A stretch of DNA of 64,000 nt from Eledone cirrhosa (taxonomy: Eukaryota), in assembly GCA_964016885.1 (NCBI GenBank), contig OZ024742.1, positions 347,448,001 to 347,512,000 on the forward strand, read 5' to 3'. Positions 1 to 14,600 of the stretch are shown piece by piece. The notes under the pieces were generated by a model. The model did no database searches and was not told where the DNA came from. It saw nothing but the letters and a program-made list of their open reading frames with translations. Made by a program: the position numbers and the translations under genes. The stretch's first letter is position 1, and each line of letters begins with the position of its first letter.

Positions 1-1089
1 ATCACATCTCTATAACACAGTCTTCTCTCACCCCATCACATCTCTATAACACAGTCTTCTCTCACCCCATCACATCTATATAACACAGTCTTCTTTCATC
101 CCATCACATCTCTATATCACAGTCTTCTCTCACCCCATCACATCTCTATATCACAGTCTTCTCTCATCCCATCTCATCTCTATATCAGTCTTCTCTCATC
201 CCATCACATCTCTATAACACAGTCTTCTCTCACCCCATCACATCTCTATAACACAGTCTTCTCTCATCCCATCACATCTCTATAACAAAGTCTTCTCTCA
301 CCTCATCACATGTCTATAAAAGTCTTCTCTCACCTCATCACATCTCTATAAAAGTCTTCTCTCACCCCATCATATCTCTATATCACAGTCTTCTCTCACC
401 CCATCACATCTCTTCTATATCAGTCTTCTCTCACCCCATCACATCTCTATATCAAAGTCTTCTCTCATCCAATCACATCTCTATATCAGTCTTCTCTCAC
501 CCCATCACATCTCTATATCAGTCTTCTCTCACCCCATCACATCTCTATATCAGTCTTCTCTCACCCCATCTCATCTCTATATCACAGTCTTCTCTCACCC
601 CATCACATCTCTATAACACAGTCTTCTCTCATCCCATCTCATCTCTATATCAGTCTTCTCTCACCCCATCACATCTCTATATCACAGTCTTCTCTCATCC
701 CATCACATCTCTATATCACAGTCTTCTCTCACCTCATCACATCTCTATAAAAGTCTTCTCTCATCCCATCACATCTCTATATCAGTCTTCTCTCACCCCA
801 TCACATCTCTATATCACAGTCTTCTCTCACCCCATCACATCTCTATAACACAGTCTTCTCTCATCCCATCTCATCTCTATATCAGTCTTCTCTCACCCCA
901 TCACATATCTATATCACAGTCTTCTCTCATCCCATCTCATCTCTATAAAACAGTCTTCTCTCACCCCATCACATCTCTATATCACAGTCTTCTCTCACCC
1001 CATCACATCTCTATATCAGTCTTCTATCACCCCATCACATCTCTATAACACAGTCTTCTCTCATCCCATCTCATCTCTATATCAGTCTT

Positions 1090-4000
1090 CTCTCACCCCA
1101 TCACATCTCTATATCACAGTCTTCTCTCACCCCATCACATCTCTATAACACAGTCTTCTCTCATCCCATCTCATCTCTATATCAGTCTTCTCTCACCCCA
1201 TCACATATCTATATCACAGTCTTCTCTCATCCCATCTCATCTCTATAAAACAGTCTTCTCTCACCCCATCACATCTCTATATCACAGTCTTCTCTCACCC
1301 CATCACATCTCTATATCAGTCTTCTCTCACCCCATCACATCTCTATATCACAGTCTTCTCTCATCCCATCACATCTCTATATCACAGTCTTCTCTCACCT
1401 CATCACATATCTATATCACAGTCTTCTCTCATCCCATCTCATCTCTATATCAGTCTTCTCTCACCCCACCACATCTCTATATCACAGTCTTCTCTCACCC
1501 CATCACATCTCTATGTAAGTCTTCTCTCATCCCTTCACATCTCTATAACACAGTCTTCTCTCACCTCATCACATCTCTATATCACAGTCTTCTCTCACTC
1601 CATCACATCTATATATTAGTCTTCTCTCACCCCATCACATCTCTATATCACAGTCTTCTCTCACCCCATCACATCTCTATATCACATTCTTCTCTCACCT
1701 CATCACATCTCTATAACACAGTCTTCTCTCACCCCATCACATCTCTATAACACAGTCTTCTTTCATCCCATCACATCTCTATATCACAGTCTTCTCTCAC
1801 CCCATCACATCTCTATATCACAGTCTTCTCTCATCCCATCTCATCTCTATATCAGTCTTCTCTCACCCCATCATATCTCTATATCACAGTCTTCTCTCAC
1901 CCCATCACCTCTCTATAATACAGTCTTCTCTCACCCCATCATATCTCTATAACACAGTCTTCTCTCATCCCATCACATCTCTATAACACAGACTTCTCTC
2001 ACCTCATCACATCTCTATATCACAGTGTTCTCTCACCCCATCACATTTCTATAACACAGACTTCTCTCACCTCATCACATCTCTATATCACAGTCTTCTG
2101 TCACCCCATAACATCTCTATATCACAGTCTTCTCTCACTCCATCACATCTCTATAACACAGTCTTCTCTCACCTCATCACATCTCTATATCACAGTCTTC
2201 TCTCACCCCATCACATCTCCATATCACAGTCTTCTCTCACTCCATCACATCTCTATGTAAGTCTTCTCTCACCCCATCACATCTCTATAACACAGACTTC
2301 TCTCACCTCATCACATCTCTATATCAGTTTTCTGTCACCCCATAACATCACTATATCACAGTCTTCTCTCACTCCATCACATCTCTATAACACAGTCTTC
2401 TCTCACCTCATCACATCTCTATAACACAGTCTTCTCTCACCCCATCGCATCTCTATATCACAGTCTTCTCTCACCCCATAACATCTCTATATCACAGTCT
2501 TCTCTCACTCCATCACATCTCTATAACACAGTCTTCTCTCACCCCATCACATCTATATAACACAGTCTTCTTTCATCCCATCACATCTCTATATCACAGT
2601 CCTCTCTCACCCCATCACATCTCTATATCACAGTCTTCTCTCATCCAATCTCATCTCTATATCAGTCTTCTCTCACCCCATCACATCTCTATAACACAGT
2701 CTTCTCTCACCCCATATCATCTCTATATCACAGTCTTCTCTCACCTCATCACATCTCTATAACACAGTCTTCTCTCACCCCATCACATCTCTATAACACA
2801 GTCTTCTCTCACCCCATCACATCTATATAACACAGTCTTCTTTCATCCCATCACATCTCTATATCACAGTCTTCTCTCACCCCATCACATCTCTATATCA
2901 CAGTCTTCTCTCATCCCATCTCATCTCTGTATCAGTCTTCTCTCACCCCATCACATCTCTATAACACAGTCTTCTCTCACCCCATCACATCTCTATATCA
3001 CAGTCTTCTCTCACCCCATCACATCTCTATAACACAGTCTTCTCTCATCCCATCTCATCTCTATATCAGTCTTCTCTCACCCCATCACATATCTATATCA
3101 CAGTCTTCTCTCATCCCATCTCATCTCTATAAAACAGTCTTCTCTCACCCCATCACATCTCTATATCACAGTCTTCTCTCACCCCATCACATCTCTATAT
3201 CAGTCTTCTCTCACCCCATCACATCTCTATATCACAGTCTTCTCTCATCCCATCACATCTCTATATCACAGTCTTCTCTCACCTCATCACATATCTATAT
3301 CACAGTCTTCTCTCATCCCATCTCATCTCTATATCAGTCTTCTCTCACCCCACCACATCTCTATATCACAGTCTTCTCTCACCCCATCACATCTCTATGT
3401 AAGTCTTCTCTCATCCCTTCACATCTCTATAACACAGTCTTCTCTCACCTCATCACATCTCTATATCACAGTCTTCTCTCACTCCATCACATCTATATAT
3501 TAGTCTTCTCTCACCCCATCACATCTCTATATCACAGTCTTCTCTCACCCCATCACATCTCTATATCACATTCTTCTCTCACCTCATCACATCTCTATAA
3601 CACAGTCTTCTCTCACCCCATCACATCTCTATAACACAGTCTTCTTTCATCCCATCACATCTCTATATCACAGTCTTCTCTCACCCCATCACATCTCTAT
3701 ATCACAGTCTTCTCTCATCCCATCTCATCTCTATATCAGTCTTCTCTCACCCCATCATATCTCTATATCACAGTCTTCTCTCACCCCATCACCTCTCTAT
3801 AATACAGTCTTCTCTCACCCCATCATATCTCTATAACACAGTCTTCTCTCATCCCATCACATCTCTATAACACAGACTTCTCTCACCTCATCACATCTCT
3901 ATATCACAGTGTTCTCTCACCCCATCACATTTCTATAACACAGACTTCTCTCACCTCATCACATCTCTATATCACAGTCTTCTGTCACCCCATAACATCT

Positions 4001-4860
4001 CTATATCACAGTCTTCTCTCACTCCATCACATCTCTATAACACAGTCTTCTCTCACCTCATCACATCTCTATATCACAGTCTTCTCTCACCCCATCACAT
4101 CTCCATATCACAGTCTTCTCTCACTCCATCACATCTCTATGTAAGTCTTCTCTCACCCCATCACATCTCTATAACACAGACTTCTCTCACCTCATCACAT
4201 CTCTATATCAGTTTTCTGTCACCCCATAACATCACTATATCACAGTCTTCTCTCACTCCATCACATCTCTATAACACAGTCTTCTCTCACCTCATCACAT
4301 CTCTATAACACAGTCTTCTCTCACCCCATCGCATCTCTATATCACAGTCTTCTCTCACCCCATAACATCTCTATATCACAGTCTTCTCTCACTCCATCAC
4401 ATCTCTATAACACAGTCTTCTCTCACCCCATCACATCTATATAACACAGTCTTCTTTCATCCCATCACATCTCTATATCACAGTCCTCTCTCACCCCATC
4501 ACATCTCTATATCACAGTCTTCTCTCATCCAATCTCATCTCTATATCAGTCTTCTCTCACCCCATCACATCTCTATAACACAGTCTTCTCTCACCCCATC
4601 ACATCTCTATATCACAGTCTTCTCTCACCTCATCACATCTCTATAACACAGTCTTCTCTCACCCCATCACATCTCTATAACACAGTCTTCTCTCACCCCA
4701 TCACATCTATATAACACAGTCTTCTTTCATCCCATCACATCTCTATATCACAGTCTTCTCTCACCCCATCACATCTCTATATCACAGTCTTCTCTCATCC
4801 CATCTCATCTCTGTATCAGTCTTCTCTCACCCCATCACATCTCTATAACACAGTCTTCTC
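1090..4860. repeat. Tandem higher-order duplication, period 1884 bp
   Basis: Rare markers recur at exactly +1884: CACATTCT (1686/3570), CATCGCAT (G at 2447/4331) and TATGTAAG (G at 1515/3399 and 2257/4141). Confidence 0.92.
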
Positions 4861-6199
4861 TCACCCCATCACATCTCTATATCACAGTCTTCTCTCACCC
4901 CATCACATCTCTATATCACAGTCTTCTCTCATCCCATCTCATCTCTATATCAGTCTTCTCTCACCCCATCACATCTCTATAACACAGTCTTCTCTCACCC
5001 CATCACATCTCTATATCACAGTCTTCTCTCACCCCATCACATCTCTATATCAGTCGTCTCTCATCCCATCACATCTCTATAAAACAGTCTTCGCTCACCC
5101 CATCACATCTCTATATCACAGTCTTCTCTCACCCCATCACATCTCTATATCAGTCTTCTCTCATCCCATCACATCTCTATATCACAGTCTTCTCTCACCC
5201 CATCACATCTCTATATCAGTCTTCTCTCACCCCATCACATATCTATATCACAGTCTTCTCTCATCCCATCTCATCTCTATAAAACAGTCTTCTCTCACCC
5301 CATCACATCTCTATATCACAGTCTTCTCTCACCCCATCACATCTCTATATCAGTCTTCTCTCACCCCATCACATCTCTATATCACAGTCTTCTCTCATCC
5401 CATCACCTCTCTATAACAGTCTTCTCTCACCCCATCACATCTCTATATCACAGTCTTCTCTCATCCCATCACATCTCTATATCACAGTCTTCTCTAATCC
5501 CATCTCATCTCTCAATCAGTCTTCTCTCACCCCATCACATCTCTATATCACAGTCTTCTCTCATCCCATCACATCTCCATATCACAGTCGTCTCTCACCC
5601 CATCACATCTCTATGTAAGTCTTCTCTCGTCCCATCACATCTCTATAACACAGTCTACTCTCACCTCATCACATCTCTATATCACAGTCTTCTCTCACTC
5701 CATCACATCTCTATATTAGTCTTCTCTCACCCCATCACATCTCTATATCACAGTCTTCTCTCACCCCATCACATCTCTATATCACAGTCTTCTCTCACCT
5801 CATCACATCTCTATAACACAGTCTTCTCTCACCCCATCACATCTCTATAACACAGTCTTCTCTCACCCCATCACATCTATATAACACAGTCTTCTTTCAT
5901 CCCATCACATCTCTATATCACAGTCTTCTCTCACCCCATCACATCTCTATATCACAGTCTTCTCTCATCCCATCACATCTCCATATCACAGTCGTCTCTC
6001 ACCCCATCACATCTCTATGTAAGTCTTCTCTCGTCCAATCACATCTCTATAACACAGTCTTCTCTCACCTCATCACATCTCTATATCACAGTCTTCTCTC
6101 ACTCCATCACATCTCTATATTAGTCTTCTCTCACCCCATCACATCTCTATATCACAGTCTTCTCTCACCCCATCACATCTCTATATCACAGTCTTCTCT

Positions 6200-8660
6200 C
6201 ACCTCATCACTTCTCTATAACACAGTCTTCTCTCACCCCATCACATCTCTATAACACAGTCTTCTCTCACCCCATCACATCTATATAACACAGTCTTCTT
6301 TCATCCCATCACATCTCTATATCACAGTCTTCTCTCACCCCATCACATCTCTATATCACAGTCTTCTCTCATCCCATCTCATCTCTATATCAGTCTTCTC
6401 TCATCCCATCACATCTCTATAACACAGTCTTCTCTCACCCCATCACATCTCTATAACACAGTCTTCTCTCATCCCATCACATCTCTATAACAAAGTCTTC
6501 TCTCACCTCATCACATGTCTATAAAAGTCTTCTCTCACCTCATCACATCTCTATAAAAGTCTTCTCTCACCCCATCATATCTCTATATCACAGTCTTCTC
6601 TCACCCCATCACATCTCCTCTATATCAGTCTTCTCTCACCCCATCACATCTCTATATCACAGTCTTCTCTCATCCAATCACATCTCTATATCAGTCTTCT
6701 CTCACCCCATCACATCTCTATATCAGTCTTCTCTCACCCCATCACATCTCTATATCAGTCTTCTCTCACCCCATCTCATCTCTATATCACAGTCTTCTCT
6801 CACCCCATCACATCTCTATATCAGTCTTCTCTCACCCCATCACATCTCTATATCACAGTCTTCTCTCATCCCATCACATCTCTATATCACAGTCTTCTCT
6901 CACCTCATCACATCTCTATAAAAGTCTTCTCTCACCCCATCACATCTCTATATCAGTCTTCTCTCACCCCATCACATCTCTATATCACAGTCTTCTCTCA
7001 CCCCATCACATCTCTATAACACAGTCTTCTCTCATCCCATCTCATCTCTATATCAGTCTTCTCTCACCCCATCACATATCTATATCACAGTCTTCTCTCA
7101 TCCCATCTCATCTCTATAAAACAGTCTTCTCTCACCCCATCACATCTCTATATCACAGTCTTCTCTCACCCCATCACATCTCTATATCAGTCTTCTTTCA
7201 CCCCATCACATCTCTATAACACAGTCTTCTCTCATCCCATCTCATCTCTATATCAGTCTTCTCTCACCCCATCACATCTCTATATCACAGTCTTCTCTCA
7301 CCCCATCACATCTCTATAACACAGTCTTCTCTCATCCCATCTCATCTCTATATCAGTCTTCTCTCACCCCATCACATATCTATATCACAGTCTTCTCTCA
7401 CCCCATCACATCTCTATATCACAGTCTTCTCTCACCCCATCACATCTCTATATCAGTCTTCTCTCACCCCATCACATCTCTATATCACAGTCTTCTCTCA
7501 TCCCATCACATCTCTATATCACAGTCTTCTCTCACCTCATCACATATCTATATCACAGTCTTCTCTCATCCCATCTCATCTCTATATCAGTCTTCTCTCA
7601 CCCCACCACATCTCTATATCACAGTCTTCTCTCACCCCATCACATCTCTATGTAAGTCTTCTCTCATCCCTTCACATCTCTATAACACAGTCTTCTCTCA
7701 CCTCATCACATCTCTATATCACAGTCTTCTCTCACTCCATCACATCTCTATATTAGTCTTCTCTCACCCCATCACATCTCTATATCACAGTCTTCTCTCA
7801 CCCCATCACATCTCTATATCACATTCTTCTCTCACCTCATCACATCTCTATAACACAGTCTTCTCTCACCCCATCACATCTCTATAACACAGTCTTCTTT
7901 CATCCCATCACATCTCTATATCACAGTCTTCTCTCACCCCATCACATCTCTATATCACAGTCTTCTCTCATCCCATCTCATCTCTATATCAGTCTTCTCT
8001 CACCCCATCATATCTCTATATCACAGTCTTCTCTCACCCCATCACCTCTCTATAATACAGTCTTCTCTCACCCCATCATATCTCTATAACACAGTCTTCT
8101 CTCATCCCATCACATCTCTATAACACAGACTTCTCTCACCTCATCACATCTCTATATCACAGTGTTCTCTCACCCCATCACATTTCTATAACACAGACTT
8201 CTCTCACCTCATCACATCTCTATATCACAGTCTTCTGTCACCCCATAACATCTCTATATCACAGTCTTCTCTCACTCCATCACATCTCTATAACACAGTC
8301 TTCTCTCACCTCATCACATCTCTATATCACAGTCTTCTCTCACCCCATCACATCTCCATATCACAGTCTTCTCTCACTCCATCACATCTCTATGTAAGTC
8401 TTCTCTCACCCCATCACATCTCAATAACACAGACTTCTCTCACCTCATCACATCTCTATATCAGTTTTCTGTCACCCCATAACATCACTATATCACAGTC
8501 TTCTCTCACTCCATCACATCTCTATAACACAGTCTTCTCTCACCTCATCACATCTCTATAACACAGTCTTCTCTCACCCCATCGCATCTCTATATCACAG
8601 TCTTCTCTCACCCCATAACATCTCTATATCACAGTCTTCTCTCACTCCATCACATCTCTA
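6200..8660. repeat. Dispersed copy of about 1-2520 (offset about 6.14-6.21 kb)
   Basis: CATGTCTATAAAAG G at 312/6517 (+6205); CACATTCT 1686/7823 and CATCGCAT 2447/8584 (both +6137). The offset change implies a net loss of 68 bp between the markers. Confidence 0.88.
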
Positions 8661-11649
8661 TATCAGTTTTCTCTCACCCCATCACATCTATATATCACAG
8701 TCTTCTCTCATCCCATCTCATCTCTATATCAGTCATCTCTCACCCCATCACATCTCTATATCAGTCTGCTCTCATCCCATCACATCTCTATAAAACAGTC
8801 TTCGCTCACCCCATCACATCTCTATATCACAGTCTTCACTCACCCCATCACATCTCAATATCAGTCTTCACTCATCCCATCACATCTCTATATCACAGTC
8901 TTCTCTCACCCCATCACATCTTTATAACACAGTCTTCTCTCATCCCATCTCATCTCTATATCAGTCTTCTCTCACCCCATCACATCTCTATATCACAGTG
9001 TTCTCTCATCCCATCACATCTCTATATCAGTCTTCTCTCATCCCATCACATCTCTATAAAACAGTCTTCGCTCACCCCATCACATCTCTATATCACAGTC
9101 TTCACTCACCCCATCACATCTCAATATCAGTCTTCTCTCATCCCATCACATCTCTATATCACAGACTTCTCTCACCCCATCACATCTCTATAACACAGTC
9201 TTCTCTCATCCCATCTCATCTCTATATCAGTCTTCTCTCACCCCATTACATCTCTATATCACAGTGTTCTCTCATCCCATCTCATCTCTATATCAGTCTT
9301 CTCTCACCCCATCACATCTCTATATCACAGTCTTCTCTCACCCCATCACATCTCCATATCACAGTCTTCTCTCACCCCATCACATCTCTATATCACAGTC
9401 TTCTCTCATCCCATCACATCTCTATAACAGTCTTCTCTCACACCATCACATCTCTATATCATAGTCTTCTCTCATCCCATCACATGTCTATATCACAGTC
9501 TTCTCTCATCCCATCTCATCTCTATATCAGTCTTCTCTCACCCCATCACATCTCTATATCACAGTCTTCTCTCATCCCATCACATCTCCATATCACAGTC
9601 TCCTCTCACCCCATCACATCTCTATGTAAGTCTTCTCTCATCCCATCACATCTCTATAACACAGTCTTCTCTCACCTCATCACATCTCTATATCACAGTC
9701 TTCTCTCACTCCATCACATCTCTATATTAGTCTTCTCTCACCCCATCACATCTCTATATCACAGTCTTCTCTCACCCCATCACATCTCTATATCACAGTC
9801 TTCTCTCACCTCATCACATCTCTATAACACAGTCTTCTCTCACCCCATCACATCTCTATAACACAGTCTTCTCTCACCCCATCACATCTCTATATCACAG
9901 TCTTCTCTCACCCCATCACATCTCTATATCACAGTCTTCTCTCACCCCCACCACATCTCTATATCACAGTCTTCTCTCACCTCATCACATCAATATAACA
10001 CAGTCTTCTCTCACCCCATCACATCTCTATAACACAGTCTTCTCTCACCCCATCACATCTATATAACACAGTCTTCTTTCATCCCATCACATCTCTATAT
10101 CACAGTCCTCTCTCACCCCATCACATCTCTATATCACAGTCTTCTCTCATCCAATCTCATCTCTATATCAGTCTTCTCTCACCCCATCATATCTCTATAA
10201 CACAGTCTTCTCTCACCCCATCACATCTCTATATCACAGTCTTCTCTCACCTCATCACATCTCTATAACACAGTCTTCTCTCACCCCATCACATCTCTAT
10301 AACACAGTCTTCTCTCACCCCATCACATCTATATAACACAGTCTTCTTTCATCCCATCACATCTCTATATCACAGTCTTCTCTCACCCCATCACATCTCT
10401 ATATCACAGTCTTCTCTCATCCCATCTCATCTCTGTATCAGTCTTCTCTCACCCCATCACATCTCTATAACACAGTCTTCTCTCACCCCATCACATCTCT
10501 ATATCACAGTCTTCTCTCACCCCATCACATCTCTATATCACAGTCTTCTCTCATCCCATCTCATCTCTATATCAGTCTTCTCTCACCCCATCACATCTCT
10601 ATAACACAGTCTTCTCTCACCCCATCACATCTCTATATCACAGTCTTCTCTCACCCCATCACATCTCTATATCAGTCTTCTCTCATCCCATCACATCTCT
10701 ATAAAACAGTCTTCGCTCACCCCATCACATCTCTATATCACAGTCTTCTCTCACCCCATCACATCTCTATATCAGTCTTCTCTCATCCCATCACATCTCT
10801 ATATCACAGTCTTCTCTCACCCCATCACATCTCTATAACACAGTGTTCTCTCATCCCATCTCATCTCTATATCAGTCTTCTCTCACCCCATCACATCTCT
10901 ATATCACAGTGTTCTCTCATCCCATCTCATCTCTATATCAGTCTTCTCTCACCCCATCACATATCTATATCACAGTCTTCTCTCATCCCATCTCATCTCT
11001 ATAAAACAGTCTTCTCTCACCCCATCACATCTCTATATCACAGTCTTCTCTCACCCCATCACATCTCTATATCAGTCTTCTCTCACCCCATCACATCTCT
11101 ATATCACAGTCTTCTCTCATCCCATCACCTCTCTATAACAGTCTTCTCTCACCCCATCACATCTCTATATCACAGTCTTCTCTCATCCCATCACATCTCT
11201 ATATCACAGTCTACTCTAATCCCATCTCATCTCTATATCAGTCTTCTCTCACCCCATCACATCTCTATATCACAGTCTTCTCTCATCCCATCACATCTCC
11301 ATATCACAGTCGTCTCTCACCCCATCACATCTCTATGTAAGTCTTCTCTCGTCCCATCACATCTCTATAACACAGTCTACTCTCACCTCATCACATCTCT
11401 ATATCACAGTCTTCTCTCACTCCATCACATCTCTATATTAGTCTTCTCTCACCCCATCACATCTCTATATCACAGTCTTCTCTCACCCCATCACATCTCT
11501 ATATCACAGTCTTCTCTCACCTCATCACATCTCTATAACACAGTCTTCTCTCACCCCATCACATCTCTATAACACAGTCTTCTCTCACCCCATCACATCT
11601 ATATAACACAGTCTTCTTTCATCCCATCACATCTCTATATCAGTCTTCT

Positions 11650-14600
11650 CTCACCCCATCACATCTCTATATCACAGTCTTCTCTCATCCCATCTCATCT
11701 CTATATCAGTCTTCTCTCATCCCATCACATCTCTATAACACAGTCTTCTCTCACCCCATCACATCTCTATAACACAGTCTTCTCTCATCCCATCACATCT
11801 CTATAACAAAGTCTTCTCTCACCTCATCACATCTCTATAAAAGTCTTCTCTCACCCCATCATATCTCTATATCACAGTCTTCTCTCACCCCATCACATCT
11901 CTTCTATATCAGTCTTCTCTCACCCCATCACATCTCTATATCACAGTCTTCTCTCATCCAATCACATCTCTATATCAGTCTTCTCTCACCCCATCACATC
12001 TCTATATCAGTCTTCTCTCACCCCATCACATCTCTATATCAGTCTTCTCTCACCCCATCACATCTCTATATCAGTCTTCTCTCACCCCATCACATCTCTA
12101 TAACACAGTCTTCTCTCATCCCATCTCATCTCTATATCAGTCTTCTCTCACCCCATCACATCTCTATATCACAGTCTTCTCTCACTCCATCACATCTCTA
12201 TATCAGTCTTCTCTCACCCCATCACATCTCTATATCACAGTCTTCTCTCATCCCATCACATCTCTATATCACAGTCTTCTCTCACCTCATCACATCTCTA
12301 TATCACAGTCTTCTCTCATCCCATCACATCTCTATATCAGTCTTCTCTCACCCCACCACATCTCTATATCACAAACTTCTCTCATCCCATCTCATCTCTA
12401 TATCAGTCTTCTCTCACCCCACATCTCTATATCACAGTCTTCTCTCACCCCATCACATCTCTATGTAAGTCTTCTCTCATCCCTTCACATCTCTATAACA
12501 CAGTCTTCTCTCACCTCATCACATCTCTATATCACAGTCTTCTCTCACTCCATCACATCTCTATATTAGTCTTCTCTCACCCCATCACATCTCTATATCA
12601 CAGTCTTCTCTCACCCCATCACATCTCTATATCACATTCTTCTCTCACCTCATCACATCTCTATAACACAGTCTTCTCTCACCCCATCACATCTCTATAT
12701 CACAGTCTTCTCTCACCCCATCACATCTCTATATCACATTCTTCTCTCATCCCATCTCATCTCTATATCAGTCTTCTCTCACCCCATCATATCTCTATAT
12801 CACAGTCTTCTCTCACCCCATCACATATCTATAATACAGTCTTCTCTCACCCCATCATATCTCTATAACACAGTCTTCTCTCATCCCATCACATCTCTAT
12901 AACACAGACTTCTCTCACCTCATCACATCTCTATATCACAGTGTTCTCTCACCCCATCACATTTCTATAACACAGACTTCTCTCACCTCAACACATCTCT
13001 ATATCACAGTCTTCTGTCACCCCATAACATCTCTATATCATAGTCGTCTCTCACTCCATCACATCTCTATAACACAGTCTTCTCTCACCTCATCACATCT
13101 CTATATCACAGTCTTCTCTCACCCCATCACATCTCCATATCACAGTCTTCTCTCACTCCATCACATCTCTATGTAAGTCTTCTCTCACCCCATCACATCT
13201 ATATAACACAGTCTTCTTTCATCCCATCACATCTCTATATCACAGTCTTCTCTCACCCCATCACATCTCTATATCACAGTCTTCTCTCATCCCATCTCAT
13301 CTCTATATCAGTCTTCTCTCATCCCATCACATCTCTATAACACAGTCTTCTCTCACCCCATCACATCTCTATAACACAGTCTTCTCTCATCCCATCACAT
13401 CTCTATAAAAAAGTCTTCTCTCACCTCATCACATCTCTATAAAAGTCTTCTCTCACCCCATCATATCTCTATATCACAGTCTTCTCTCACCCCATCACAT
13501 CTCTTCTATATCAGTCTTCTCTCACCCCATCACATCTCTATATCACAGTCTTCTCTCACCCCATCACATCTCTTCTATATCAGTCTTCTCTCACCCCGTC
13601 ACATCTCTATATCACAGTCTTCTCTCACCCCATCACATCTCTATATCAGTCTTCTCTCACCCCATCACATCTCTATATCACAGTCTTCTCTCACCCCATC
13701 ACATCTCTTCTATATCAGTCTTCTCTCACCCCATCATATCTCTATATCACAGTCTTCTCTCACCCCATCACATCTCTTCTATATCAGTCTTCTCTCACCC
13801 CGTCACATCTCTATATCACAGTCTTCTCTCACCCCATCACATCTCTATATCAGTCTTCTCTCACCCCATCACATCTCTATATCACAGTCTTCTCTCATCC
13901 CATCACATCTCTATATTAGTCTTCTCTCACCTCATCACATCTCTATATCACAGTCTTCTCTCACCCCATCACATCTCTATATCACAGTCTTCTCTCACCT
14001 CATCACATCTCTATAACACAGTCTTCTCTCACCCCATCACATCTCTATAACACAGTCTTCTCTCACCCCATCACATCTATATAACACAGTCTTCTTTCAT
14101 CCCATCACATCTCTATATCACAGTCTTCTCTCACCCCATCACATCTCTATATCACAGTCTTCTCTCATCCCATCTCATCTCTATATCAGTCTTCTCTCAT
14201 CCCATCACATCTCTATAACACAGTCTTCTCTCAACCCATCACATCTCTATAACACAGTCTTCTCTCATCCCATCACATCTCTATAACAAAGTCTTCTCTC
14301 ACCTCATCACATCTCTATAAAAGTCTTCTCTCACCCCATCATATCTCTATATCACAGTCTTCTCTCACCCCATCACATCTCTATATCAGTCTTCTCTCAC
14401 CCCATCACATCTCTATATCACAGTCTTCTCTCATCCAATCACATCTCTATATCAGTCTTCTCTCACCCCATCACATCTCTATATCAGTCTTCTCTCACCC
14501 CATCACATCTCTATATCAGTCTTCTCTCACCCCATCACATCTCTATATCAGTCTTCTCTCACCCCATCACATCTCTATAACACAGTCTTCTCTCATCCCA

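Noticed and set aside
312-350. TATA-box-like TATAAAAG / TATAAAAC variants
   Set aside because: These are simple variants of the TATAACA tail repeated through the array, with no downstream gene.
1511-1522. GTAAGT splice-donor consensus in the TATGTAAGT variant (and GGTGAG on the minus strand)
   Set aside because: It is reachable from the 32-bp unit by two substitutions and was spread by duplication. There is no exon structure to support it.
8998-9861. 287-aa Ser/His/Leu/Ile-rich ORF (longest in the track)
   Set aside because: It is a translation of the repeat. The + strand consensus has no stop codon in any frame, so ORFs run until a TAA/TAG variant falls in frame. The start is a GTG created by a point variant, the peptide cycles through all three frames of the unit, and there is no domain or gene context.
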